A stretch of 64,000 nucleotides of DNA from Octopus sinensis. Lineage: Eukaryota. The position numbers were made by a program, and so were the translations under genes. Shown piece by piece: positions 48,058-61,560 of the stretch. The stretch covers positions 92,194,001 through 92,258,000 of the forward strand of contig NC_042998.1 of assembly GCF_006345805.1 (NCBI RefSeq), written 5' to 3'. Under the pieces are notes generated by a model. It saw nothing but the letters and a program-made list of their open reading frames with translations. It had not been told where the DNA came from and searched no databases. Position 1 is the first letter of the stretch. Every line of letters starts with the position of its first letter.

Positions 48058-49839
48058 GTAAGTATTTCTTTCGTTGTGTTTTTGTATATATTTTCCTCTA
48101 TTTAAAACAGTGTGGAATATAATATTAAAAGTAATCTTGAAATATTCAGTAATCATTTTAAAATTAAACCTTAAACATCATTTATAAAAAAATAGTAGCT
48201 GGTTCAAATGTAGTTTTTTTCTTTATAATTTATTCATAACAGGATAGTAGTGCCTATGACCTTCACAGGCCATCCTAGACTTGTAGTATTGATAGGGTTG
48301 ATAGCTTTAACTTTTGCAGGTCACTACTTGCTGGATAAAAGTTGGCACGAAGGGAATTTCAGACAGATGTCTAAAAAGGAAGGATGGAGTAAAAAATTTA
48401 GTTTATGGTCTGGCAGGTGTGGTGAGAAAGAAAAATATTAAGGAAAGTTAATTGGGTTTGGATAAAGAGGGTACCTCTAAGCTAGTTATTTCAAAAGGGT
48501 GACAACCTCTCCAATTGTGATGGAAGACGCAAAAAGGAGAAACAGTGTATCTGTGAGCCAGTGATTGCAGTATAAACCATTATAAATCAGTCAAATGTTT
48601 ATATGTGTAAAGGAACAACAATCCATAGATATGAGCTACACTCCTTTGTGGATCTTAATTAACTATTTAGCATTTAAATTACTCTGTCAAATAGAATGCT
48701 TATTTATTCACATTATTAGGCATTGTCTTGTAGCTTCAACATTTCAATGATATGATTGTTTATTTATAGAATGACATTGTAGAGTAAGTGTGATAGGCCA
48801 GACTTGGCTGGTTTGAATATAAAACAGAATATTTGGGTTGGTTAAGGGGCCAGTTTAAATGCTAAAGGGTTAAGTTCTATAAAAGTTCAGTAAATTATTA
48901 GGACTGCAATATTACTTGTCCCTGAAGAGCACGAGTCTTTGTAGTATGGTATTAGTGATGTTAATTATGTGGGTTGCTATGCAAAATCATCAATGATTAT
49001 GACAATTAGCATTCATTATAACTTTGGAAAGTTTTAGTTGTGCATTGCTCATGTCTCAAGAGAGTAAAGTGTACAGTCTGTTTCCTTCATATATATTATA
49101 TCCTTGTACTGTTGAAAGAGATAAGGTTGTCATATCTCCCATTTAGAAATATTTTCAAGATCATTGTTAAAGGAGCTAGTGCATATCTAGAATGTAGCAT
49201 TTAAGTTGCATACCAGTGACTTATGAAACGTTAAAAAGACTGGAATTATCTGTGTGTGTGTTTTATGAGAGAGGATAGCAGATGCATCAGAAAGAAGAGT
49301 GAGAAAAATTACAGAACCCAGATTTAAGAGGTATATGGTTTGGAGGAGATGGCCCTGACAGTACACATCGCAATAGTAGTGGTGCTCTTTAACAGCAAAT
49401 TTTTCATCCACAATACCAAAGATTGACATAGATTAGTCTTTCATTAATTTCACTGAAGTTATTAGAGGGCAGATATTATTTATAAAAGGTACTATAAGGA
49501 ATTAATCAACGAATATGACAAACTGTCCCTTTTAGCTTTGTTTCTACCTACATTCATAATTTCATCCATTGAGATGTAATTTTTCATCTCTCTCTTACAT
49601 CTCATTTACTACTCAAGAATAGTAATTCATTTGAAGTCATTCATTTAAGAGTTCAAAGAAATATTTGTGTAAAAACTTAATACATTCCTATGATTTTTCA
49701 TACACAGAACATCAAAAGGTGTTTCTGTTTATGAAAAAAAAAAAGAAAGTTGTTGGAAAAAGATTGTCATAGTAAAATTCCAGTTCAACTACTTTAAAGT
49801 ATATAATTTTTAATTCTTAGGTTTACAAAGCTCAACCTG

Positions 49840-49871
<32 letters not shown>

Positions 49872-50890
49872 GGTGGTGAGATGATAGAATTGTTAGCACA
49901 CTGGGTGAAATGCTTAGTGGTATTTTGCCAGTTGCTATGTTCTGAGTTCAGATTCTGCCAAGGTCGACTTTACCTTTCATCCTTTCGAGGTCAATAAATT
50001 AAGTACCAGTGAAACACTGAGGTTGATGTAATTGACTAGTCCCCTCCCACAAAATTTCAAGCCTTGTGCATATAGTAGAAAGGATTATTATTATTACTAA
50101 GGTGTCGAGCTGGTAGAGTTGTTAGCATGCCGGCAAAATGCTTAGCAGTATTTCATCTGCTGCTATATTTTGAGGTCGACTTTGCTTTTCATCCTTTCAG
50201 GGTTGATTAATTAAGTATCAGTGAAACATGGGTTGATGTAATTAACTAGTCCTCTTCCCCTAAATTTCGGGCCTTATGCATATAGTACATGGGTTCTCAA
50301 CAAATTTTTATCTTTGAACCCCTTTGATTACTATTCTTTTCTGGTGGAACCCCATTGGTCATTCCATGTTTAAAAACTAGTTTTATAGAAACTTCTTTCA
50401 AAATTCCTGTTTTGATTTACTCACATTAACTTGTGTAAGTTGAACTATGTAAAATGTTGGAGAATGAAACCTCGCTGCTTCTTGCAATACATACCAATAC
50501 AAACATCTAAAGCAAAACTTTTTCAGGGACTCATGACATACTATTGTGGATCTTCAATTTATTATTTTGTTGCATGGACCCCCCAAATTCTTATGTGAAC
50601 CCTCAAGAGCCATATGGACCCCGGTTGAGAACCACTGCTATGATAGAAATGAATATTATTATTAATGCAGTGAGCTGGTAGAACCGTTAGCATGACAGGC
50701 AAAATATATAACAGCACTTAGTCTGTTTTTACATTCTGAGAGTTCAAATGCCACTAAGGTCAACTTTGGTTTTCATCTTTTTGGGGGATTGATAAAAATA
50801 AGTACTAGTTGAACATTGGCATCGGTGTAATTGACTTGCTGCTCCCTGCAAGATTCTCAACCTTGTGCCTATAGAGGAAAGGATTGTTGT
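49840..50890 (+). mobile_element. Head-to-tail array of three family C SINEs separated by (ATT)n
   Basis: Copies at about 49871-50085, 50099-50650 (interrupted by MITE) and 50665-50885. Confidence 0.8.
50288..50637. mobile_element. hAT (Charlie-like) MITE inserted in SINE tail
   Basis: TIRs CATGGGTTCTCAAC / GTTGAGAACCACTG; degenerate 8-bp TSD ATATAGTA / CTATGATA; homolog at 12564. Confidence 0.85.
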
Positions 50891-51158
50891 TGTTATTCCA
50901 TTGGTCTTCAGCTAGCTTATTCAAGAGTAGATACAAGCCATTCTTTGTCTAAAATGATATTTTCAGTTGTATTTGCTGGTACATGACATAACATGATGTG
51001 TTGAGAGGATGGAATCTTTAATTAAGAAGCCTGTTCTCTATTTAGAAATTAACTAGAGAAATAGTTTTATGAATTTAAAATAACAATGTTGATTTGGATT
51101 TTAGTTTGTATGTTTATTTCTAAATGTTTTTTTAATAGAAAATTAGATTTAATTAGTG

Positions 51159-51198
<40 letters not shown>

Positions 51199-51949
51199 TA
51201 TAAAGCAGTTGTGTATGGTTTACAAAACTAATAGAATATGATTAATGTTATGAAAATAAATAAGAGCTGTGGTGTTACATTCACTGTTATCTTTAATTAA
51301 ATAACATGTTACATTGATATTTTCTGTTTTGTCTCTGTTTAATGTCGTTCACATTTGCTCTATCTCTATTTCACATACTTTAGTCTCTCCACGCTCTTTT
51401 AAATAGTTTACATTTCAAAATACTCTTTTTTTTTTTTAATCTTTCTAACTGTCCCTCTATTCTTAATTTCATTTCTAATTAAGGAAAATAATTGGCAATC
51501 ATTACTTTTACAAACACTTTGAACCTCTTCAACAAGTACATGGATAAGTTGTATCAAAAGTGGTTGGTTATCTCTCTTATTTAGTAATGATATGTCTTTA
51601 ATATATAATTGCTAACACATTTTCATATCTGCTTCAGATAAATTCTGTTACATGATTGTGCATGCCTGTGCAGAAATGGTGAAAAAATGAGAGGAAGAAA
51701 GAGAAAGAAAGACTTATAAAGCAATATAGATAAAGCAGGAGATGACAGTAGAACATATGCTGCTATAAAAGGGGAATGACATGGGGCAGATGTTTTATGC
51801 ATGCATTCTGTAGTGGACAGAAACGTTTGGTTGTAAAACAGAAAGATTAAACAACATATGTGACCAACAAGCTGAAGAGATCACAATGTTATTTTGTCTG
51901 TCACCTATGTTTCCATGCAACATCACAGATGTGATTTTATCTTGTTGCT

Positions 51950-52290
51950 ATTAGTCTTAGTTCCTCCTCCTTATCATGGGGCAACAAGAGAATCTCCACT
52001 CAGTATGATCATGAGTTCTATTAAGAGTCTGCTTCTAGGCTGGGCCCATATCTGCTAGGTCCTCTTCTTTGTTCCTCAACTAGGTCACAACAGATCTGCC
52101 TCACATCATATGTCCTCTTACTTTCTGGTTTCTACTCAACAGAAACCTTCAGTGGCCTGTTCATGGGCATGCGAAGCACATAGCCAAAAATCTTCTGCTA
52201 TCTTCTCTTTGATGCCAAGTTATTTCAGCCTGAATCTTTCCAAGACTCCTTCAGTTAGGGTGTGCCAAGAAATTTTTAGTGTGGTCCCAA
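51950..52290 (-). mobile_element. Ancient RTE C-terminal fragment (different family)
   Basis: Minus frame FGYVLRMPMNRPLKVSVE*KP, resembling the WFGHVLRM...W.P motif. Confidence 0.55.
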
Positions 52291-52357
52291 GGTAATGTCT
52301 GTAAAAATCGTCTGAGCTTTTATAGATTCTGCTGTTTATTTTTTTTTTGTCATAGCA

Positions 52358-52735
52358 AGCATGGCTGTGTGGTTAGAAGTTTGCTTCCCAACCACATGGC
52401 TTAGGGATCAGTCCTATTGCATGGTCACCTGGGAAAGTATCTTCTGCTACAACCCCAGGCCAGCTGGACTCGTGATTGAATTTGGTAGATGGAAACTGAA
52501 GAAGTCCATTGTGTGTGTGTGCTTGTGTTTGTGCTATTGTTTGTCCCCTCCACTGCTTGACAACTGTGTTTGTGTGTTTACATCTCTAATTTAGTAGTTT
52601 GGCAAAATAAAGCAGTACCAAGCTTATTAAAAAATAAAAAAACAAGTACTGGGGTTGATTCATTTGACTAAAAATTTTCAAGTCAGTGCTGCAGCATGGC
52701 CACAGTCTAATAACTGAAACAAGTATGAGATACAA
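52358..52735 (+). mobile_element. SINE family B
   Basis: Head, core, (TG)n and GCAGCATGGCCACAGTC tail. Confidence 0.75.
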
Positions 52736-54105
52736 GTTAAGATTTCCGCAGACATAGGTTGCTGTTGGCATACCCAAAGACATACAGAGTATTTTTAGTG
52801 CATAGTTTAAACAAATTTAATAGGAAAGAAAATAAAACAGTAGGTCCTTTATTGATGGAGCATATAGTGAGCCTATATAATTTTAGTTTTTTTTTATATA
52901 AGCATCAATTCTTTTCTTTTCCTTTCTATTATCATTTATAATTTCAAAGCCACTCAGTTCCTTATCTGTTCATGTACCAAATCTGCTTGTTAGACTTGTA
53001 GTTTGTAATCTGTTGTCTACAGCCAAAAACAAATTTCATTATAGTAAAATAAATTTAATTCACTGACAATATATATATTTATGGTGTCTTGTATAGTTCT
53101 GTATCATTCTGCAGTCAAATAACCTTCTGCTGTCATCTTTACTTCTTTTCTTTTCTTTTGCTGTTCATAAAATATAAGTAATGTGTTTGATTCAGTTGTT
53201 ATACTTTTCCCAAAATAACCTTTTGTCAATGTTAAGAAAGTATTACTGTTGCTCTTCTCTCTCTGTTGCCACCTCAAATGCCTCCTACTTCATCAACATC
53301 ATTATCAACATTAGTACCACCATCACCACCACTACAATGATCACTCTCCTCATTATTTCTCTTGCTAATATTATCATTAATATTCAACAGTTATTTTTCT
53401 TCAAGTTCCCATGGTTAGTCTGGTTTGAACACTACTATTCTTTAATAAATACTTTCCACAACAATCGCTGACAGTCAAATAGCTGTTTCAGTATATTTTG
53501 TAAATTTTTGCTTTATTCCCACATCTCTATTCTATATATAAATCTTTTAAACAGGTGGACTCCAGATAGAATATCTTTATAGTTCTGTTTTAGAAGTTTC
53601 CCTTTCTCTGTAATCTAGTTACACTAGGCACTTATTTCATTTGCATCATCAGCCATGTAATATTCTCATGTGATTTTCTTACCCAATTTCATTATTATCA
53701 CATTTCTTAAATATTTCTGTTTGCTGTGTTCCTTTCCAACACAGATGTATGAAAAATAAAAGTCTAATAAAGTCTTACTTATGTTGTCACTCTTCACTAA
53801 ATATATCTCCCATTGTAATGTTACACCATATTTCTTTGACATACTTCCCTAAATATAGTTCTGTTCTAAACTTCACTCTTTGACACTCCTCTCTAAATAT
53901 ATCTGTATATTCGAACCTTACTAGTAGCTCATAGGAATTTCATTTTTGCCAGCTTTACTTCCAGTATGTTTTGATCTAGAAATTGTTTATCAGTGACTAA
54001 TGTAACTTGACATAATAAGTGAAAAGACATGCATTTAATATCCTCCTTTTCAGTCAATGGACTTCCTTTCAAGGGTTAAGCTGATCCCATCGACCTCAGT
54101 GGGTC

Positions 54106-54195
54106 TAGGACATCTACCCCTGGTGGGGTGGTAATTGTCCTAGGGGGTAGTTGTCATGGGTGGGGAGAATTGTCCTAGTGGGGTAATTATCCTGG
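54106..54195. repeat. G-rich motif cluster (GGGGTAATTGTCCTAG-like, about 17-18-bp period, one inverted copy)
   Basis: Four direct copies at 54125-54195; inverted TAGGACATCTACCCC at 54106-54120. Confidence 0.7.
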
Positions 54196-54934
54196 TATGG
54201 ACCCCAGTCTTAGTCTGGTATTTAGCTTTTTGATCTGTATTTGTCAAATTGCTAATAACTTAGCAATTGACTCAACATCAGTTACACTTTTCAAAGACAC
54301 ATCAAATTTTATATAGACATACGTCATCACCATCAAAATTTTTACATTGACTTTTCCATGCTGGCATGGGTTGGACAATTTTTTTTGTTTTTGAGGTAGT
54401 GTTTAGTAACCAGATGTCCTTCCTGTGACCAACCCTCTTTGTTGCCTCTTATAACATGGAGATGCTGTGTATCTATTCTAAAGATGGGATACACCAGTAA
54501 TGTGTGTGTGCATGTGCGTGCACTGGTTTTCTGCATTTTCTGTCTATGAACTTCAACTCAAGATGGTATTGGTAACCCCCAAGGCGACTTTAGAAGTATG
54601 TGGTTGTGAAGTGAACTTTTTAACCTCAGGGCTATGTAAAACATAAAACAATATTTTTATGTCACTTTATCTCTCTTCATACATATGGATACTTTTAATT
54701 GATTACACCCCATTGCAAAGTATTTGGTTTAGAACTTAGGCCTGAAAGAGAACATCTTCCCACCTGTTTCTGAAACTCTGAAAAGAATCATAGGCACAGA
54801 GCTTCCTCTCATGACTAACCTATAAAAAATGTTTAAAAAATACAAGTATACTTCAAAGTTTACTTTTGTTCTGAGTAATATTTTGATTTTTCTGTCTCAG
54901 TATCTCCTGTGTTGGTTTTATACATCTTTTAAAA

Positions 54935-55345
54935 ATGTAGTTAAGAAGTTTGCTTCTCATTCACCATGTTTTGGATTCAGTCCCACTGCACAGCACTTTG
55001 GGCAAGTGATTCTCCTGTAGCTCAGGGTCAGTCAATGCCTTTTGTGTAAATTTGATAGATGGAAACTGTATGAAGCCTGTTATGTGTGTGTGCATGCTAG
55101 TATTTATATCCCATCCACTTCGCATGAAAATAAAATCCATTGTGTGGTAAAGTTTATTGCCATGTCCCTGTTTATAAATCATCTGCTGGCTCTACACTTT
55201 CGAATATGTATGGTGTAAGAGACCTCTTACTTGAAAACAGGAAATGGTTAATGATAGAAAGGGCACCCAGTTGTAAAATATTGCTCAAATAATACATTAT
55301 ATTCATATAACCCTTGCTAGTATGGAAAAATTGATGTAAAATAAT
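54935..55345 (+). mobile_element. SINE family B head with RTE-type tail
   Basis: Same architecture as 2322-2712 and 56040-56460. Confidence 0.65.
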
Positions 55346-55376
55346 GAATGATAAATTACACCAAGCCATCAACAAA

Positions 55377-55610
55377 TAGTGGAGGTGCATGACTTAGTGG
55401 TTAGGTTGTTGTACTCATAATCATAAGATTGTGGTTTTGATTCCTGGACTGGGCAATGTGTTGTCTTCTTGAGCAAAACATTGCTCCCGTCCATTCAGAT
55501 TGTTAAGTGAGTAATCCTCTGATAGACTGGTATCCTGTCCAGGAAGGAATATATACCCCAGAGAAACTGGGAAACTGGCCCTATCATCCTTAGAGAGTAA
55601 TGTGGATTAC
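55377..55610 (+). mobile_element. Family A SINE with 16-bp TSD
   Basis: CCAAGCCATCAACAAA at 55361-55376 and 55611-55626. Confidence 0.85.
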
Positions 55611-55638
55611 CCAAGCCATCAACAAAGAAAATGTAGGT

Positions 55639-55670
55639 TCACTCTTCACTAGGCTCACTCTTCACTAGGC
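55639..55670. repeat. 16-bp tandem duplication
   Basis: TCACTCTTCACTAGGC x2. Confidence 0.9.
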
Positions 55671-56039
55671 TCTTATAAATTTCTTTTATATTGATTTTGC
55701 ATATTGGTACAAAAACACTAAAATCGTGGTTTCACATTCTGGGTAGATGTCATTGAGTTGGCTTTCAGTGAGTATATTTCACTGTTCACTTTGTTCCCCA
55801 TTGTATGCATTTCACTTGGTTTGTTGTTTGGTGGTTAGCCTTCAGTCAGCTGAACAAAGACATTCCTGCTCTGACAATCCTATTTTTATTTGGAGGCACA
55901 TTCATTATAGAACTACATTGTAAAATGTTTACTGGTGGTCAGTGATTTGAGGAGACTTGAGAATAACTCTTAATACTTTCTTCATGGGCTCATTTATGAT
56001 ACAAAATTTGATTTGTGTAAACACTACTAAGCTGTCAGC

Positions 56040-56460
56040 CTGGCTATGTAGTAAGAAGTTTTCGTCCCAGCTGCATAGTTTTTGGTTCTGTCTCACTGGG
56101 GCAGGTGTTTTTAACTAACTCTGACCCAACCAAAGCCTTATGAGTGGATTTGCTAGAGGGAAACTGAAAGAAACTCTTCATGCATACAGATATGCACACA
56201 AGTGTGTTGTGCATGCATATGTTACTGTCTCCTTTTCTTGATAGCCACACAATAATTGTAAATGAGTGTCACTGTTGTTATGCAAGCACTGTCCTTCATT
56301 TTCAATCTTCCATGAAAACATCTGGTCATGGGGAAATATTACCTTGCTTGGAAATGAGTAAGGGTTGGTGACAGGAAGGGCATCTAGCTGTAGAAAATCT
56401 TCCCCAATGAATTCTGTCCAAACCCTGCAAGTATAGAAAAGTGGACATTGAAATGATGAT
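56040..56460 (+). mobile_element. SINE family B head with RTE-type tail
   Basis: Ends GACAGGAAGGGCATCTAGCTGTAGAAAATC...GACATTGAAATGATGATG. Confidence 0.7.
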
Positions 56461-57573
56461 GGATGACCTCACTAACATTTCTTAGCGCTTAGCTCTAATA
56501 CATTTATAGAAACTCAATATCAATTGTAGCTGACTCATATTACTTCCTAAAACAACTATACCTCATATTATGTGATATATTTGTTTTACAGTTGTTTCAA
56601 TGTATTGTCTATTTCATATTGATTCACATGATAAATATTTTCCTACTTCACTATGTAATTTGAATCTTGGTAAGTTTTGAGTAGTTAGCATGATAATGTT
56701 TATTTTATAGCTATGTGTAATCTGATTGTCTTGTGCTTTTCATATTTTTAATAGACCCCTATCATATAATCTCTTAAAATATTTATTATATAAAAAAAAA
56801 GAGCAAAAGAAAAAAATCTGAATATCATTGGAGTTGCAATAATTAAGATATATGTTGACTGTTTTGTCTGTAGAATTCATATTTAATCACTAACGGTCTG
56901 TACTAGTTTTTTTTTTATTTCTTGGTTTCAATCAGAATTTGCAGGAGAATTGATTTTGTGGTAATGTGCCAAAATGGCATATGACTTGTAATTAAATGGT
57001 TTTTAATTTAATGATTGACCTCTCACCTATAAAACTAGGAAAACATTATTCTATACTCAGATTAATTCACATGTTTTTTTTTATATTTAAAAACAATATT
57101 CTAAAATATCCATCCATCTTCCATTCATGGATTATGTGAGTGAGTGAGCTGTACCTAAAATGTGGATACATGGATCCAATTTTCAAATATTATGTATAAT
57201 GTTTCAGAACAAATAGTTGAACAGTTACCGTGGAACAATATTAGCATAATATTCTTAGAAGTAAGTGCTGGTTGTAATATTTTTGTTGTAGTTGTCTTGA
57301 TGTTCATCCCTGTCCCTTCTTTTAATTCAATTAAAGGACATTGCATACCTCCCATGAGAAACAACTTAATATCTCTTAGAATTTTTCTAATAATCCTTTT
57401 GCTTTTGCATACTAATGAGCTAATATTTTTTTAGATTTATAATAAAATAGTTTTATAATATGTAAACAATTTTGTTTACTTAAAATTGAGATCACACACA
57501 CACACACACGCACACACAATGGTTATTCATCATAGCTAAGGACATCATGTAGTGGATGTCATAATGAGCATAA

Positions 57574-58139
57574 CCCTTAAATAGAGAGAAAAGGTTTGCA
57601 TGAATGCTTGTGCCGAACAAGCAAAAAGTAAAAAATACCTTGTTTTTCTTAATGGCAATTTTTATACTTCTTTTTACTTTATATAAGTACAAAAACTATG
57701 AAAATATTTTAAATCTCTTTTATTATAAAAAAAATAAAGACAAAAGGGCAATAAAATCATTTGAGTATAAATTGATTTGGGACTCTCCTGTTATCAAACG
57801 AATGTAAAAATTGAGTAAAATTGATGCACTTTTTCAACTCAGAGTTAGTCGAAGCATCACTTTCTTTTGCACTGTGCTATCTAGAGTATCATCTTTATCA
57901 TATTCTTCATCTAATGAAGGAAAGTCAGTAAAAATTTCTTTTATTGCTGCATAAATATTCATTTGCAACTTGATTTTTCCCCTCGATATGGGCCATTTAT
58001 GTTTAGGTGCATTTGACAAAAGATATGCCTGGGTGTCAATTGATAATCGTTGTATCTGTCTAAAATTTTTGAAACATCAATTGATGTCATCCACTGTTCT
58101 CTAATGAAATATCAATTGATGATGCCTGTCATTTAAGGG
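57574..58139 (-). mobile_element. Probable piggyBac deletion derivative
   Basis: CCCTTAAAT TIR at both ends; TTAA (58140-43) and ATAA (57570-73) flanks; acidic minus-strand peptide (EIFTDFPSLDEEYDKDD). Confidence 0.5.
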
Positions 58140-58899
58140 TTAATGTAGAATCAGTTGTTGCACAAAAACCATAATAATGTACTAATTGTAGTTTGAACTA
58201 CAGGAGGCAGAATCAAAGAATAGAGGCAGTCTTAGATGCTTGAGCAACTCAAGTTTAAGTGTGATTCACTTGGATCTATAGGTTGTAGAGAACTCAGCAC
58301 TGCAAAATAACAAGTCCCATGATAATTTGTTTGTATTTTTACTTGTGGTTTTGTTTCTTATAGATTAGGTGATTTTGAATCATGGTCTTAATGCAGTACT
58401 GCTGACTGGATACAAACTGTCGGTCTCTCAGCTGGTTGCAGAGTGTTCTTTCAACTCGGCTGTTTGCCATATAGTAGAAAACAGATTAAGAAGGTCATGG
58501 GAAGATTTGGTGAGGTTTGAACCCGGAGTTTCAAACCTCATGAAGGAGATAAGCATTGTGTTGAAGCAAACTATTTCAAGTCATGCCAACACAAAGAAAC
58601 AACCATAAAATGCTGTTGATAATGACATGCATGCAATTAGAGATATGTAAATGGAGAATCCACTTTCCATGCTGGCATGGGAGGATGGGTCATGACAGAC
58701 CAATTCAGGACTCTCATGGACATCTCACACATTTTATTTTTTACCATAGTTTCTAATTCTCTCTCTTTCTGTATGTCTGAATATATATATATATATATAT
58801 ATAATAAATAATATTAGGGTAATAATTAGTGGTTTGGACTTTAACTATTCTTTCTAGCATAATGGATTCCTATGATGGAATGTGTTTAAATGTACACTG

Positions 58900-58939
<40 letters not shown>

Positions 58940-59559
58940 TATACTTACATATACACAAACAAACAATAAATAACAGTGCAGATAATTATACTAATTATTA
59001 TAGCTATTATTCATTTCCAACTGTAGGTATTCGTGATCATTGTATTGATTATTGCGTCTGGTGTGTTGCTTTTAGTTTCGTTAGTCCAACATTTGTGTGT
59101 TTTCAATGTAATGTCATGATTCTAATTTTTATGTTTTCCTGTCATTTTATTTTTATTTAAAATTATTACTGTCATTTGTTCCTTGTTAAAGTATTTTCCC
59201 CGTTATTAAAATACAAGATTAATACTTCATATTCAAAAGATTTATTTTGGCATGTGAAAATGTCTTGTATTACATAATTATTTTGTTCAATTGTCTTTAT
59301 TTAATATTCTTGTAGAGATATATGAAGAGACACAAGAATGATGCAAGTGCTGCTTCACAGTATTTTGTTTTCTATTCCATAGCTTTGAGTTCAAGCCCTG
59401 CTAGATTTGATTTTGTCTTTCATTTATCTATTTATCTGTCCATAATTAAAATATTCATCAGTAGACTTTACCATTTATCAAAACATTGTGTCCAGAGTCT
59501 AACAAACATAAATCCGTATAATAGGAACATTGTTATTAATACCAGTGAGTGATATACAT

Positions 59560-59920
59560 GTCATTGCCATGTGTTGTACACCTGCAATGCATTGATGACA
59601 TTACAATGGAAGTCTTCTTGACTAAGTGCAAGTTCTTCCATATCGGATGAAGCTATAGTGTCACTCATAGTGCGTTTTTATTAAAAATATTGGAGTGGTT
59701 TGCCATTGCCTTCCCATCTTGGTTGGCTGTTGGCCCACAAGGAGTTCATCTGCCCTTCAGCAGGTCTTGCATTTAGTCCTGCTGGTTGTCCAAACATTCT
59801 CCTCTTAAGAGGAGTAAACTACTCAAGTGGAGGAGCTGATCACCTGACCATGCAACAAGTAGTACTTTTTCACCTGATACTAGTAGCAGGTGTCACCAGC
59901 ATGTGATGAAATCCCTGACC
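59560..59920 (-). mobile_element. RTE/BovB-like 5' region fragment
   Basis: Minus GGGAAGGCAATGGCAAACCACTCCAATAT resembles the conserved BovB/RTE 5' motif (recalled, not aligned). Similar motif near 21690-21710. Confidence 0.5.
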
Positions 59921-61152
59921 TGACCTGACCAAAGATATACATGTACAGTGGCCATACAATGATAATATAGATGAAAGGTACACAGGAAATATGACTGTAT
60001 TTTGACTGCAAATATAAGATAATTGGTGTAAATGTTATTTCCATCTAAATATGGTAACAAAGTCTTGTTGAACAAAAAGTCATCTTTGAACTGACTCAAA
60101 TTCAGTTTTGAATTTTTGGTTGCAGTCTTTTTATTTGGATTGTTTGTATCTTTGAAAATATATATGCATCATATTTAATTTTTTACTTTGTTCTAAATTG
60201 AGGTCATCAGTGCTTACATGAAAGAAAAAAAAAAATTAATTGGCATGAGGCCAGCTGTGTGGTTGAGAAGCCTTCTTTGCAACGATATGGTTCTAGATTA
60301 AATTCCACTACACAGTACCTTAGACACTTATGTCTTTTCACTGTAGTCTTTGGTTGATCAATTTCTTGTAAATGGAATTTGGTTACCAGAAATTTCAGTA
60401 GCCTATCATGTGTGCACATACAGGTATCTTTAGTCATACAGCTAAGATGTCTACAAACCATAAAAAAGTATTGTTTATTTGAATGTTGTTTGTGTGTGTA
60501 TTCTGGTGTAAACTGGTGTACTGTGTTTGCCTCCCTTTATGTCAAATGATAATTTAACCATTCAATAAATAGGTACCTGACTGAAAAAAGAACTACACTC
60601 AATGCGATTGACTTAGGTCTTTGAAAGTAGTGCCTCAGTATTACATGGCCCAATGGCCACAGTGTCAGGCTCACAGTTATTAAATGCAGCTTCAAAAACA
60701 TGGATTAGGTTGCGCATTGTGTTCTTGGGCAAAACTCTTAATTTCACATTAGTCTACTCTGCTGAAATTACTGCTAAGTACTGGTGCAGCCCTCTCTCCT
60801 GTCATGCCCTGTTTGTTCTGCCAGGTCGTTTGTAGGGTGGGAGGGCTCAGAGAGTGTTTATATTATCTCTCAGATACATAGGCACTGAAAACAATTTAGT
60901 AAAAGCATGGTACCATATCATACTCATAGATAGAATTAGCTCAGACATGCTTCATACTTTGGGTTACTATAACTCATTTGAGTAAAGAGTTACTGTGTGC
61001 AGAGGTATATCCAGGTGTAAGTGGTTTATCTGGAATTTGTTGGGGGAATTCATCCAAGAACTTATTTGAATGTTACAAGATCCTTTTCTTTTACATATCC
61101 TGGCATATGTTAGAGAGAGCAGGGCCAATTGAACTGAAATAATAGTTGTCTT

Positions 61153-61560
61153 AAGGTGGCGAATTGGCAGAAACATTAGCATGCTGGACGAAATGCTTAG
61201 CGGTATTTCATCTGCTGCTATGTTCTGAGTTCAAATTCCACCGAAGTAGACTTTGCCTTTCATCCTTTCGGGGTTGATTAAATAAGTACCAATTATGCAC
61301 TGGGGTCAATATAATCGACTTAATCCGTTTGTCCTTGTTTGTCCTGTCTGTGTTTAGCCCCTTGTGGGTAGTAAAGAAATAGGTATTTCATCTGTCTTTA
61401 TGTTCTGAGTTCAAATTCCACTGAGATTAACTTTGCTTTTCATCCTTTCTGGGTCGATAAATTAAGTACCAGTTGCATACCGGGGTTCAATCTAAATGAC
61501 TAGCCCCCTCCCCTCAAAATATTTCAGTCCTTTTGCCTAGAGTAGTAAAGAATAATAGTT
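61153..61560 (+). mobile_element. Two tandem family C SINE units
   Basis: GGTATTTCATCTG...GTTCTGAGTTCAAATTCCAC block at about 61202 and again at about 61382. Confidence 0.8.

Noticed and set aside
58511-58540. 11-bp perfect hairpin TGAGGTTTGAA/TTCAAACCTCA as a ribozyme or terminator
   Set aside because: No CTGANGA core or stem II, and prokaryotic terminators are irrelevant here; a single short hairpin is unremarkable.
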